Source: Nemertoderma westbladi
Taxonomy: Eukaryota; Animalia; Xenacoelomorpha
DNA: 64,000 bases
Assembly (NCBI GenBank): GCA_032718475.1
Contig: JAUCBJ010006711.1
Coordinates: 163,881 to 227,880 of the forward strand
Direction: 5' to 3'
This document shows, one piece after another, positions 1 through 10,084 of this stretch (the stretch's first letter is position 1; each line of letters opens with the position of its first letter). The position numbers and the translations under genes are program-made. The notes beneath the pieces are model-generated. The model ran no database searches. It was not told the origin of the DNA and saw only the letters and a program-made list of their open reading frames with translations.

Positions 1-1
1 A

Positions 2-2910
2 CCGAAGACGGATTACCATAGACCGAAACCAGAGCACAATACATCAAACGCATTACCAAGGCTCAGGCAATCATTGCCATATGCAGCAACGCAGGGGACT
101 ACAAGTCCACAGATAGCCGAAAGTAAGACCACACCATGGAACGAACAGGGGAACAATAACAACACGAATAAATATAACCCCAGTATGTCCAGTAGGCCGA
201 ATCCAAACAATAAGAATAGTAGGGACTTTGGTACAAACGCAGCTGCGATACGCAATGCGCTGTATAAGGAGGGCTACGACCCAAAGAGCAAATGCCAGCT
301 ACACGCAAATGCGCTTCATCAGACCATGAACTGCAGGTACTGGCAGGCGCTACCTAGGCAAGATCAGATAGATTATGCGTTGAGCAATAAAATCTGCTCG
401 CGATGTGTGATGAGTGGACATAGAGCAAGGGAATGCAAGGAGAAGCCGGTAAAGTTCGGTCAAAGGAGAGGCCAAACGATGGCAACGAGCACAGTAGGGG
501 CGAAGAAGAGAGGAACGGTGCTACTTGGAGTAGTACCCGTGCGAGTGATTGGGGAAGGCAATCGATCAGTAACAACACTAATGCTGGTCGATAGTGGAGC
601 AGCCTTCACATTAGTCGAGGAATGGGTGGCCGAAGAGATAGGATTGAGAACGAGGCCAAGCAGAATGGCGGTAACAACCATCTCTAGCAAAGATGAGATC
701 CTGGAGATGAGAACCGGACGGTGCGCAATTGCAGCAGTGGCACCGGGATGCGACTATGGGGCAACCATCGACCCCATCCAAGTGATAGAGTCAATTAATA
801 TCAATGCCAGGCGGCCAACCAACATCGAGGTCGAGCAATATAAATTCCTGGACGACATTGACTTCTCAATCCCAGATGTGGACATTAGGAAGGTATCCAT
901 CATAGTAGGAATGGACTGCCCAACGGCCCACGAAAGAATGCAAACGGTCTTCGGTGAAGACAAGCAGTGTGACCCGGTGGCGATATTAACACCATTCGTG
1001 CTGAGTGGCCCAATCAAGAGCAAGATACCATTTAGGATGTCGGAGACATCAGGATGCATGTTCGCGGGAACAATGCAGGAAATGGGTGATGAGGGAGCAG
1101 AGGAGCAGCTTAAAAGACTGCTCAAACAAGATTTCGAGGGACTGAAAGAGACCGGGGTCGGGACCTCGGTAGAAGACAAGCAGGCTTTACAAAGCGTGGA
1201 GGAATCGATGACATGCGATGAGGGGCGGTATACTATAGGAATGGTATGGAAACTACCGAAGATACCACTGCCCGATAATAGAGGGATGGTACTCACGAGA
1301 CTCCGCAAGCTGAAACAAACACTAAAACGGAGCCCCGAGAAGAATGAGTACATCCACAGAACGATTAAGAAGTACGTCGAGAAAGGATGGGCCGTGGAGT
1401 TACCGGTCGACGAGCCGAACACGGACAGGACATATTACCTGCCACTCCACGTGGCTTTAGACCCAAAGAAAGGTAAACTGCGGATGGTAGTTGACGCATC
1501 GGCAAAGACCAACGGGAAATGCTTAAACGACTATCTGTTAGAAGGTCCAAACATATACAACTCGGGCATAGAGGTCCTACTTAGATTTAGGAATGGGAAA
1601 CACGCCTTCACGTGTGACATAGAAGGCATGTTCAACCAAGTCCGCGTAACGAAAGAAGATAGCGACAGTCAACGCTTCTTATGGTATAACGGCGAGGAAG
1701 AACCGTCGATAATACCGGCATATAAGATGGTAGTACAAAACATGGGGGCCAAGTCGTCTTCATTTACGACGACTATGGCAGTGAGAGACACAGTGAAGGG
1801 GAAGGAAGATAGATACAGCACTAGGGCCGTCGATATGATTCGACGCGGCTTCTACGTAGACGACGGAATGGAGTCTGGAAATACGGTTAAGGAGATACTG
1901 GACACAGGGCGCGTGGTTCGCGACATCCTGAAAGGATCCGGCTTTAACCTGACCAAATTCCAATCCAGTTCGGAAGAATTTATCAAGGCGATAGAGGACA
2001 AGAGACCAGAATCTACCATGGATAATCCCACAACAGCCAAAGGGCAGGACATGGCGAACAAGAGAACAGAATCTCAACAGAAGGCATTGGGAATCGTGTG
2101 GAACAGGGAGACAGACGAACTGAAGTATCAGCTGAGCCAGGAGGGTGCAGACATCCACACGAAGAGGGGCTATGTATCGTATATAGCAAGGATATACGAT
2201 CCCCTAGGTCTAGCATCCCCATTATTAGTCACGGGGAAACAGATACTCAAGAGAGTATACAAATTGAAGGATGAGTGGGACGTAGAGGTACCAGAGGAAA
2301 TCAAGAAACAGTGGAGTAAGTGGACAGGAGACTTGGAGAAGATGGGAACATACAACATGCCACGAGTGTATTTCCCGGATGGGAACATGACGAATCTGGA
2401 CCTACACATGTTCTCCGATGCGTCGTTGGAGGCGTACAGAGCGGCACTCTATTTAGTACAACGAGAGGGGGCTCATAAGCCCAGACTGGCCTTTAGCAAA
2501 GCAAAGTCAACGCCGCCAGATTCAGCATCAGTTCCCAAGTTAGAATTGACAGCTGCGAGACTAGGAGTTAGAGCCACAGCCTACCTAGTGGATACTATTC
2601 CCAACATAGTGGAGACACACTACTGGACGGACTCTATGGTAGTGCTTGGTTGGCTACATAACGAAAGGACGAGATACCCAATATTCGTCGCAAATAAAGT
2701 GGACGAAATAAGGGCGACCACTGAACTGGAAAGGTGGCACTACTGCCCAACGGACGAGAACCCAGCGGACTTGTTGTCGAGGGGCGTGGTACGCCACACT
2801 TTCTTGAAGAAGGAAGTATTGTGGCAACATGGGCCACAATTTCTGAGCGATAAGGAGGCCTGGCCGCCGATGAGAAAGGTGGACCCGGGCTCAGAAGTAG
2901 TGTCAGAGGG
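2..2910 (+). pseudogene. Gag-Pol polyprotein fragment (Gag CCHC, aspartic protease, RT, RNase H); integrase absent
   Basis: Frame is open from base 2. Motifs: CSRCVMSGHRAREC, LVDSGA, YLPLHV, RMVVDAS, CDIEGMFNQV, FYVDDG, IYDPLG, MFSDAS, PKLEL, WTDS, NPADLLSRG. The last ~9 codons of the 74..2938 ORF run into the nested repeat. Confidence 0.95.
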
Positions 2911-3104
2911 TGATAAACAACCGCGACCTCTATACTAACAGCAGAACTGTTGAACAGACCAATACCCGTTAATATCCTTCTGCCAACCTAATAAGTTCTC
3001 GTCTAACCAATAAGACACAAAGACTGCTCTACTGTTAAGTAAAGGGGCTCAGGAGCGTGATATTACTAAATTGTAAGGGTTGCTAAATACAAAACCGCTA
3101 CTTA

Positions 3105-3120
3105 CCGTTAGATGGCGCTA
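3105..3120 (+). promoter_or_regulatory. CTCF/YY1-like motif CCGTTAGATGGCGCTA in the LTR (second copy at 20020-20035)
   Basis: Resembles the CTCF core consensus CCNNNAGRKGGCRS; motif similarity only. Confidence 0.3.
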
Positions 3121-4566
3121 ATCTGCCGTCCGCTAATATATTTACTAATTTTACACAACTCCTGCAAAATCGCTTGTTCCTTTCTCTACCGATTGCTCAA
3201 TAGAGAGCTAACTGTTCGAATCTATGAGCCACGCAGGAATAACCAAAACAATAAACCCGAGTCGGCTCCCTAAGCTTACTTAAGACGAGTGCGAGAGGCC
3301 TTGCACTCAGAGTATTCTTACGCCTAATTCTATCACTATTAAAGCACGCTATTACCTACGTCTTTTCTAATCGCGAATACTGGGGGTTCTCTAACGTAAT
3401 GTGTGAATGCGAGAATATTTAAAATATCAAAAATGGTACAGTAATTGTCTCTCGTGGATAGTACCACTCTGGGTCTAAAATTGCCTGCAGCTGGCTTTAG
3501 GCCAGCAAATCACTAGCGTTTCGTGCGTACCGAATAGTGCGTTCTAGCTGATTGTCCGCTAATGCAAATAACCGCTCAGCGTGAATAGTTTACAGTACTC
3601 TAATTATTACTTTAGCTACTCTCCGCTATGCTGCGTACTAATTCTTAATTTTACTAATCAATTACAGTCACAAATATTTAACAGCGTACTAATTACTAAG
3701 AGTTCCAGAATACGTAATTCTAATTTATCACGCAACAGGTTTCGCTAGTAATAGCCTAAATTGCCGTATTACTTTGACCTAATCAGTAACTAATTGTTGT
3801 AACTAAGAAATAGAAATCAATCAAAGAGAAAAGAGCGCCTACCTAAACATTCACAATCATAGGCACACTTCAGTAACACACCAATCAGCGTCAGCAATCA
3901 CAGTTCGCAATTATGCAGTTAACTACTGTATAGCCCACAATTATGCGACTCACTATTCGTACTACACGCTCAACGTTCGAAACGTTGTGATACGTGCAGG
4001 CCTCTCCCGGGTACATATAGGACTCCTAACTAACCTGATTCCCGCCCCCCTAATACTAAATAGAGACGAAACCTGGATCATCAGCCCCCTAATTACCGTA
4101 CCGGCGATTGGTCTGCGTACCACAGCGTTAACTTCCCGACCGCAACGGTGACCCCACGCCAGCGTTGCTCGCTTTGAATCCTCCGCTCTCCCTTAGTCGC
4201 CCAACCCCCCGATGTGCCCACCGCCCGCTGGCGCCTTAGCCCTCCATTACGCTAATAGCTACCGTAGCGGCGCATGCAAATCACAAAGTCTGACAGTCTC
4301 AGAAATCCCTTAGGATTATTGCGCAGGAAAGAATCACATAGAACCATTAATCAAAAGTAGAAATCATAGTTCAGTTGTAATTAGCAGTAATCGAAGGAAT
4401 TAATTGAGAAACACAAGCAAGAGTAATCGCACTAGCAAATCATTTCAAGAAATTAATCAAATTGCAAAAATACTCTAAAATCCGTCAAAATTGAATAGAG
4501 ACAGCTCAGCAAGTACAACAGCAGTGAAGGTTGAATCGATCGATAGGCTCTACCGGCACACCGCCA

Positions 4567-4573
4567 ATTTATA
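4567..4573 (-). promoter_or_regulatory. TATA box (TATAAAT) of the LTR; second copy at 21482-21488
   Basis: CCTATAAATTGG on the - strand, downstream of CCAAT/ATTGG motifs at ~4621 and ~4671, in the gag-pol sense orientation. Confidence 0.55.
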
Positions 4574-4986
4574 GGTGATCCGGATGGGATGATGCAATAG
4601 GGTGACTCAATCGCTCTCCTATTGGCTCTCCAGTCCATGCTAGCATTAGACCAACCTGGAAGCAGTTAATCCAATAAGGAGGCCGGATTGTAGCCCTATT
4701 GCTCAAATTATTACCATATATGGTAATGGTTCACGTCTCTGGCTGCTGAATGGCCAGGACGGCGTCCCTATGCTAGCCCTATCAAACTAATATCAGCAAG
4801 CACAAAATCCAGGGTCCGAATAAACTCGCTACCCTGGAACTATCTACATATATCCTAATACAAAATTACGTAGGTAGGGCTACATACTATACAAAATGGA
4901 TGGTTTCAAATATATGGGCGTTTTGATTTCCCTACCTAAATACCACTGCGTTATTATGCCTTATCTAAAATATCATGCTGCACAAT

Positions 4987-5070
4987 GGACTAATATTACG
5001 TACAGTATAACGGACTAATATTGCATACTGCATAACGGACTAATATTACATACTGCATGATGACTAATAA
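4987..5070. repeat. ~25-bp tandem repeat (GGACTAATATTRCRTACWGYATAAC), ~3.5 copies, in putative U3
   Basis: GACTAATA recurs at about 25-bp spacing four times. Confidence 0.85.
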
Positions 5071-5249
5071 TATGGATACAGCGCCATATACCGTAACACC
5101 GCTCCAAGGGAAATCATACAATGTTTCCCTCCAATTGTAGAAGAGTATAAGGTGATGTATACAAAACAAAATAAATTTCTTCCAACCAATCTAAATACTT
5201 GATACTATAGGTCCTACTATTTACAAATATTGCTATAGATATTGCATAA

Positions 5250-5390
5250 TGAATTACATACAAATTAAATTTACAAAATATTGTCTCTCTCACTGTTTAA
5301 CGATTATTACATACAAATTAAATTTACAAAATATTGTTTCTCTTTCGTTCTACTACATAATGATTACTACATACAAATCAAATATAAAAT
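5250..5390. repeat. ~53-60 bp degenerate direct repeat, 3 copies, in the 3' UTR
   Basis: TACATACAAATTAAATTTACAAAATATTGT occurs twice, plus a diverged third copy. Confidence 0.8.
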
Positions 5391-5590
5391 TTTGCTAGGG
5401 TAAGTGAAAGGAGTAAGCCAAACCCGCAGGTTTGTCTCCCCAATCACTTCCTTCGCCTCTCTCATAATATAAATTCCAAATAGCTCAACTAGTGTATATG
5501 AGTCTAGTCGAAAATTTCCAAATGCTACAATATACATCAGAGCGACGATGATGTATATATCTAGAGTCTGTCGCCCTGTGCTATAATGTA

Positions 5591-5869
5591 TTATCGACCC
5601 GCTCCTGGGTTCTTTGGGCTCGCTCCTCTCTTCCGCCCCCTTCCCAGATACACTAATCTACCTCCAGTCGACTCCGTTGACTGCGTCCGTGAGGCGTCAC
5701 TCCCCGGAACCGGCGACGATGTTCCCTGAGCCCCGACAGATTCCCGGCTCGTGCTTCTTCCTCGGCCTCGTCCCAATTGTCGTGCTCCTGTGGTCGCTTC
5801 TGCCAACTCTTCCTTATGCAGTTGCACTCGCGCCTTCTCCGACGCTCCCTGCGCCTTGCGCTGCAACCT
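5591..5869 (-). CDS. In-frame C-terminal continuation of the extra ORF beyond a single TAG (basic, RG-rich tail)
   Basis: Same frame as 5870..9298 (..GCA TAG AGG TTG CAG..); 92 further sense codons ending GRGRKRGASPKNPGAGR. Confidence 0.6.
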   Translation of the reverse strand, partial: RLQRKAQGASEKARVQLHKEELAEATTGARQLGRGRGRSTSRESVGAQGTSSPVPGSDASRTQSTESTGGRLVYLGRGRKRGASPKNPGAGR

Positions 5870-8800
5870 CTATGCTTCTATAATAGAGTGATAGTGATCG
5901 TCCTTGACTTGACGCTTGTCTTGGACCCCTCCTCCTGGTTCTTTCCGCGAGCCTTGAGCTCCAGCGGTCGTCGCTGTGGTCGCTGCGATCCTTTGTTCCT
6001 GTATCCTCTCAGCGGTCAATGAACCCACTGGCACATGAGTCAACAAGAATTCGTTGCGGTATTGTATAGCCGCCATCCTCCAATCACCTCGCGCGCGTAC
6101 CACTTTTCTAGTCTCCGTAAATACACCCTTCGTGATGCGATCGCAAATAGCAACGAAGTTCCATGTGTACTTATTGTCCATGTTCAATTGTCTGAAGTAC
6201 TCTCGAACTACGATAACTCCAGTGTTTTGTGGAAGGTCTTGAGCAGTTAGGATGAGCTCCTGATATTGTGGTAGCGATTGTAGATATGGCTCGTACGCAA
6301 CATGCGATGGGTCTACCGCCCAAAACCCATATCCCGCTTTAAATGGTAACCAACGCATCTGCGCTTGAATATGGTAATCCGCCACACTCTCCCACTTGTC
6401 TAACATCTCCCGAAGTAGGTTAGCGCTATGGTTTTGAAAGGAATCATCTCGCAGCTGACATCTCGCGCTACGATGTCCCTTTACCCCACAATATCCACAT
6501 TGAGAAATGAAGACGGTGCACGTGTGAAACGAATGGTCGGTCTCATTACACCAACGACAGACTTTATGTGCCGCCTCCACTACCGCGTCGCACGACTTTA
6601 GATTGTGCCTTGTGCTGCCGCACAACTTGCACCTACGCGCTTGTGGAAACCAGGCCCTCTCGTATATGAGGTCTCCAATCGGTTTCGCACTTCCTTCCTT
6701 CCCAATGTCTAATACGATGTCGTCCTCTCCAGTCAACGGTTGTCGATCCGGAACAAAGTAAACATCCTCGCCCTTGTCCTCTATCTCCAATATTTCCTCC
6801 CGCGTTCGTTTCGGATATGTCTTCTCCACCGGAAGATCTACTCCGAACACCTCTACTAACGTTTCCGGCCAGCCCTCCTTAACAGGTCTATCAGCCTCCG
6901 AGTGGAAGGGAGTACCAAACCCGCGGGTTTGATTCCCGAACCACTTCTCCAAAGCTTCTGGCGTCGGATATTCCATCGACGGTCGGTCTCCCAAATCTCC
7001 GATGTTCTGTCGATATACTCCTTCGAATATCGCTAATCCTCTCCTAATCATCGACGTATTCTCTAACGATTGGTTGAAGAACGGGGTTAAGAAACGCTTC
7101 ATCACGTCGGATTGGATTCCCCCTTTCGAGCGAACGTATTGATCTCCTCCGAATACCAATGGATGACGCTTCAAAACTCGCGCAACGATATCCGCTAATA
7201 AACAAGTCACCGTGTTCGACTCAAGCACCAAATAATATTGTAGCGACGCACGGGGTGGCGCGCAAATGTTCCAATACACTAACGCTTGCCGCTTGAAGTG
7301 GGATTTGAACTCCGCTCCCGGTGGCGTGTTGTATTCGCCATACGCCTCCTCATACTTCTTTTGCGTCTTTAACTTAAAGTCCCAATTATACAACAAGTGT
7401 GCTATAAAGCCCATACCAGTCTTGGCAGAGTTGGGATACTCCCTATAAATTCCAATATCCTGTGCCCATAGCAACAATAGCTTGGTGTCGACAAACGGTC
7501 TCGGCAATCTATCTTCCAGATCAGTCATGGCGTTGAAGTCGCTCTCCAAATCGCTCTGGACTCCCGATCCCACCTTGACGTAATCTTGGTTGAGAATAGC
7601 CTCTCTAACTTTCTTTGGTAACATCCTGGCGTCGATACGCTCCGCTCCGTGCATACCTCCTCGCCTGCATACCTCCAAAATCTGTTCCCTAGGATCCTTC
7701 CCCTTCCGATATTGTGTCGTTATGATGGGCTCCGGTCTCTCTCGATCCGCCCTCACACGCATAAACACATGAGTCACACCATCGGCCGCACGAATTTGAA
7801 TACACTTGCTGGTCAAACATTCCTGATGGGACCCTCCTTCATTGTCGTAGAACATCACCCTCCAATCCTGCAGCGATTCCTCCGTCTTCCTCCACTGACG
7901 CTGAATCTCGTCTGATGGGGTCCACATGCGCTCGATAGCCTTGTGGTCATCATATCGGGTATAAGAACCCTTCCTCCTCAGCCACGTCTGGTCTACCTCC
8001 TCGTCGTCTGGGAATGTAGCCACCGCGACCCATACCTTGATGTACTTATCCAACCATCCGAATAGCTTACTCTCCTTCCCCGGAGCTCCAATCTTATCCA
8101 ACGTGTCATAATCTGTGATCTGCATTGGGACATCACGCAAGAACTTCGCGCATAAAACTTCCCGTAGACAGTCAACGTTCCAATGGTCCGCCATTCTTAC
8201 CATCGGCAAGAATCGTATCGCTTCTCGCGACTCCGGATGATCTACTAATATCGCAGGTTCGGTGCCGTCGGAATAATACACCGGTCCGGGTTGAGATACG
8301 ACCTGTGGAACAAATCCGGTCACTCTCCTCGTCTCCTCTTGATGTCTATCCGCGGTCTTATTATACTCCGCTATCCTGTTCTCAAATAACTCTTTCGCCT
8401 TCGCCGCTCGCTCCTCCTGCCGCAACGCGTCTATGTCGTCCTGATGCTCAGGCGTGAGGCTTCTCACTCGGTGAGGTGAAGTAAACGTAGTCCAGGGACT
8501 CGAGAGCTCCAAACCCGCGGGTTTGGTACCCGAGTCCCGCGCCGCTTCGCGCCACGCCTCTAGATCCTTGTAGGCTCGGTACAGCGAAATGGCCGCTGCC
8601 GTCTCTATCAAACTGGGTGTCGAACAGGGTTTAATCTCCGTATACGGATCTAATGTCGTAACGGTCGGCGTAATGGGTCTCGGAGGTCGCTTTCCGCTGA
8701 AGTCGATACTGATCGTCGGGTTGCTCATCGGGTAACCTCCCTCGTTGTATCTAAGGAATTGGTGAGCTGGACATCGCGTTAATATCGGTTCCGGATGTTG

Positions 8801-9298
8801 CTCGTCTAGTCGGTCGGGAATCGCCACGTCCTGTTTATTCATGCATTCACCACACTTGTAGAAGAGCTTGTATACGCTGAAGACTTTCGGCGTCTCCTGA
8901 TCCTCGCCTCGAGTCCTCCGATACAGATGCATTCCGTCGAACTGGTCTCGGACTGCAGGTAGAGGCTCCTCATGTCGTAAATACATATTCATATGGTATA
9001 GTCGTGCGATTTCCTCGTCCGGATCTGCGCTAATGTCGCACACGTCCAAAGCGAAGTCGTAGGGATACCGCGTGCGATACTCTCTCCGCAAGACTTCCAT
9101 CCGGTCCCCCAACGCTCTCATTCTTTCTCTCCGTAATTCTTTATCATAACTTGGTTTGTACTTCCCGTTCAGCTCCATCACGGACCGCCCATGGTAGTAA
9201 ACGTTAGAGTCTTTACATCCTGGTCGCGCGAATGGTAGCTCCGCCTCCTCTCTGGCAGTAAATCCTCTGCGCGGTTGCGCTCTAATATCCCTCTCCAT
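5870..9298 (-). CDS. Extra ORF (ORF3, 1142 aa): DEDDy-like 3'-5' exonuclease domain plus three CCHC zinc knuckles
   Basis: ExoI MFYDNEG (~7840), CIQI, LPKKVREAILNQDYVKVGSGVQSD (ExoII, ~7570), FVDT, GMGFIAHLL, ExoIII-like QYYLVLE (~7230). Knuckles CKLCGSTRHNLKSC, CRWCNETDHSFHTC, CGYCGVKGHRSARC (~6455-6630). No signal peptide or TM segment seen. Confidence 0.8.
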   Translation of the reverse strand: MERDIRAQPRRGFTAREEAELPFARPGCKDSNVYYHGRSVMELNGKYKPSYDKELRRERMRALGDRMEVLRREYRTRYPYDFALDVCDISADPDEEIARLYHMNMYLRHEEPLPAVRDQFDGMHLYRRTRGEDQETPKVFSVYKLFYKCGECMNKQDVAIPDRLDEQHPEPILTRCPAHQFLRYNEGGYPMSNPTISIDFSGKRPPRPITPTVTTLDPYTEIKPCSTPSLIETAAAISLYRAYKDLEAWREAARDSGTKPAGLELSSPWTTFTSPHRVRSLTPEHQDDIDALRQEERAAKAKELFENRIAEYNKTADRHQEETRRVTGFVPQVVSQPGPVYYSDGTEPAILVDHPESREAIRFLPMVRMADHWNVDCLREVLCAKFLRDVPMQITDYDTLDKIGAPGKESKLFGWLDKYIKVWVAVATFPDDEEVDQTWLRRKGSYTRYDDHKAIERMWTPSDEIQRQWRKTEESLQDWRVMFYDNEGGSHQECLTSKCIQIRAADGVTHVFMRVRADRERPEPIITTQYRKGKDPREQILEVCRRGGMHGAERIDARMLPKKVREAILNQDYVKVGSGVQSDLESDFNAMTDLEDRLPRPFVDTKLLLLWAQDIGIYREYPNSAKTGMGFIAHLLYNWDFKLKTQKKYEEAYGEYNTPPGAEFKSHFKRQALVYWNICAPPRASLQYYLVLESNTVTCLLADIVARVLKRHPLVFGGDQYVRSKGGIQSDVMKRFLTPFFNQSLENTSMIRRGLAIFEGVYRQNIGDLGDRPSMEYPTPEALEKWFGNQTRGFGTPFHSEADRPVKEGWPETLVEVFGVDLPVEKTYPKRTREEILEIEDKGEDVYFVPDRQPLTGEDDIVLDIGKEGSAKPIGDLIYERAWFPQARRCKLCGSTRHNLKSCDAVVEAAHKVCRWCNETDHSFHTCTVFISQCGYCGVKGHRSARCQLRDDSFQNHSANLLREMLDKWESVADYHIQAQMRWLPFKAGYGFWAVDPSHVAYEPYLQSLPQYQELILTAQDLPQNTGVIVVREYFRQLNMDNKYTWNFVAICDRITKGVFTETRKVVRARGDWRMAAIQYRNEFLLTHVPVGSLTAERIQEQRIAATTATTAGAQGSRKEPGGGVQDKRQVKDDHYHSIIEA

Positions 9299-9405
9299 TA
9301 TGCCTCGCGTATATACATATATATATATCCCAATAAGTGCCGTTACGTAACCAACTACACTGTGGGTAAATCAGTTAGATGTCGCCGAAGGACAGACCTC
9401 CCGAA

Positions 9406-9428
9406 CCCCCCCCCCCCCCCCCCCCCCC
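9406..9428. repeat. C23 homopolymer (G23 on the element sense strand) in the pol-ORF3 spacer
   Basis: Directly visible; a (TA)n tract lies at ~9310-9328. Confidence 0.95.
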
Positions 9429-10026
9429 GCCTTCCAGCAGTTCAGGTTCGACTCTCTAGATCCCGTCTCTTCCTAACTAACTATCCTCTAACCTATTCCC
9501 ATGCATAGCGCAAAAACTTTGGAGATAACCAACCTTTGGAGATGGCCGTGACCAACTCACTTTTTGATGCCCAAACTACTCCCATTACTCGTACTAAACT
9601 ACAGTAGTTAGAAAGGACCATAGCCACAATACTCGACTATACCAAACCCACAGGTTTGATAATCGAACATCACACATCCTGCAAACTACTGAGTGGGGTC
9701 CATGTACGCCTCTGGTGCTACTAACCTTTAGCACCTTAGTTGCACTGTTGGCACCAATCTGTGGAAGTTGCTAAACTCAATTTACACTCCTACGTAATAT
9801 AGCCGTCACCATGGTTTCTAAATGCTATTTTCCAGGCTTCACAACTTTTCAAATTACTGTTTATCTATAGACGAATTCTAAAACGCGTCTATACACAGCG
9901 TCTGGAATTGTCTTGGGTTCACTTCTAATTTTTAAAATTTTGTAATTTTCCAAAAATTTTGAAAATAAAATTTTGTTTTGATACCCACCAGACAAAACTC
10001 AACGCAAATCACCACAACCCCGCTCC

Positions 10027-10063
10027 TATGCATTTCCTTGTATTTGCATACGAGGAATGCATA
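10027..10063 (-). other. Stem-loop just 3' of the pol stop codon, with a GCAA tetraloop on the sense strand
   Basis: Sense strand reads TATGCATTCCTCGTAT-GCAA-ATACAAGGAAATGCATA (one mismatch, one bulge). Confidence 0.6.
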
Positions 10064-10084
10064 CGATGTGAGTTGCGTCCAACA

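Larger units (their letters stand above)
2911..5098 (-). repeat. 3' LTR of the inner element (right boundary inferred; left end may be truncated)
   Basis: 2911-4575 matches 19826-21490 at a constant 16915 offset. On the - strand, TGTTACGG at 5098 follows a short purine run (GGAGCGG) and resembles the outer LTR start TGTGACGG; the repeat ends ..TTATCA at 2911. 4576-5098 has CCAAT boxes and a CCATATATGG palindrome (U3-like). Confidence 0.7.

Noticed and set aside
2907-2910. AGGG as target-site duplication of the inner element (also at 21488-21491)
   Set aside because: Only 4 bp, three of which belong to the LTR repeat itself; rejoining the flanks does not restore an integrase frame.
4548-4566. 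TGGCGGTGTGCCGGTAG (- strand) as a primer-binding site, with a short LTR at 4576-5098
   Set aside because: It does not match any tRNA 3' end I know, lies 9 nt from the putative LTR end and directly follows a TATA box; it is better read as core promoter. Not fully excluded.
5870-9298. ORF3 as an envelope (env) gene
   Set aside because: No signal peptide or transmembrane anchor; motifs indicate a nuclease and CCHC knuckles.
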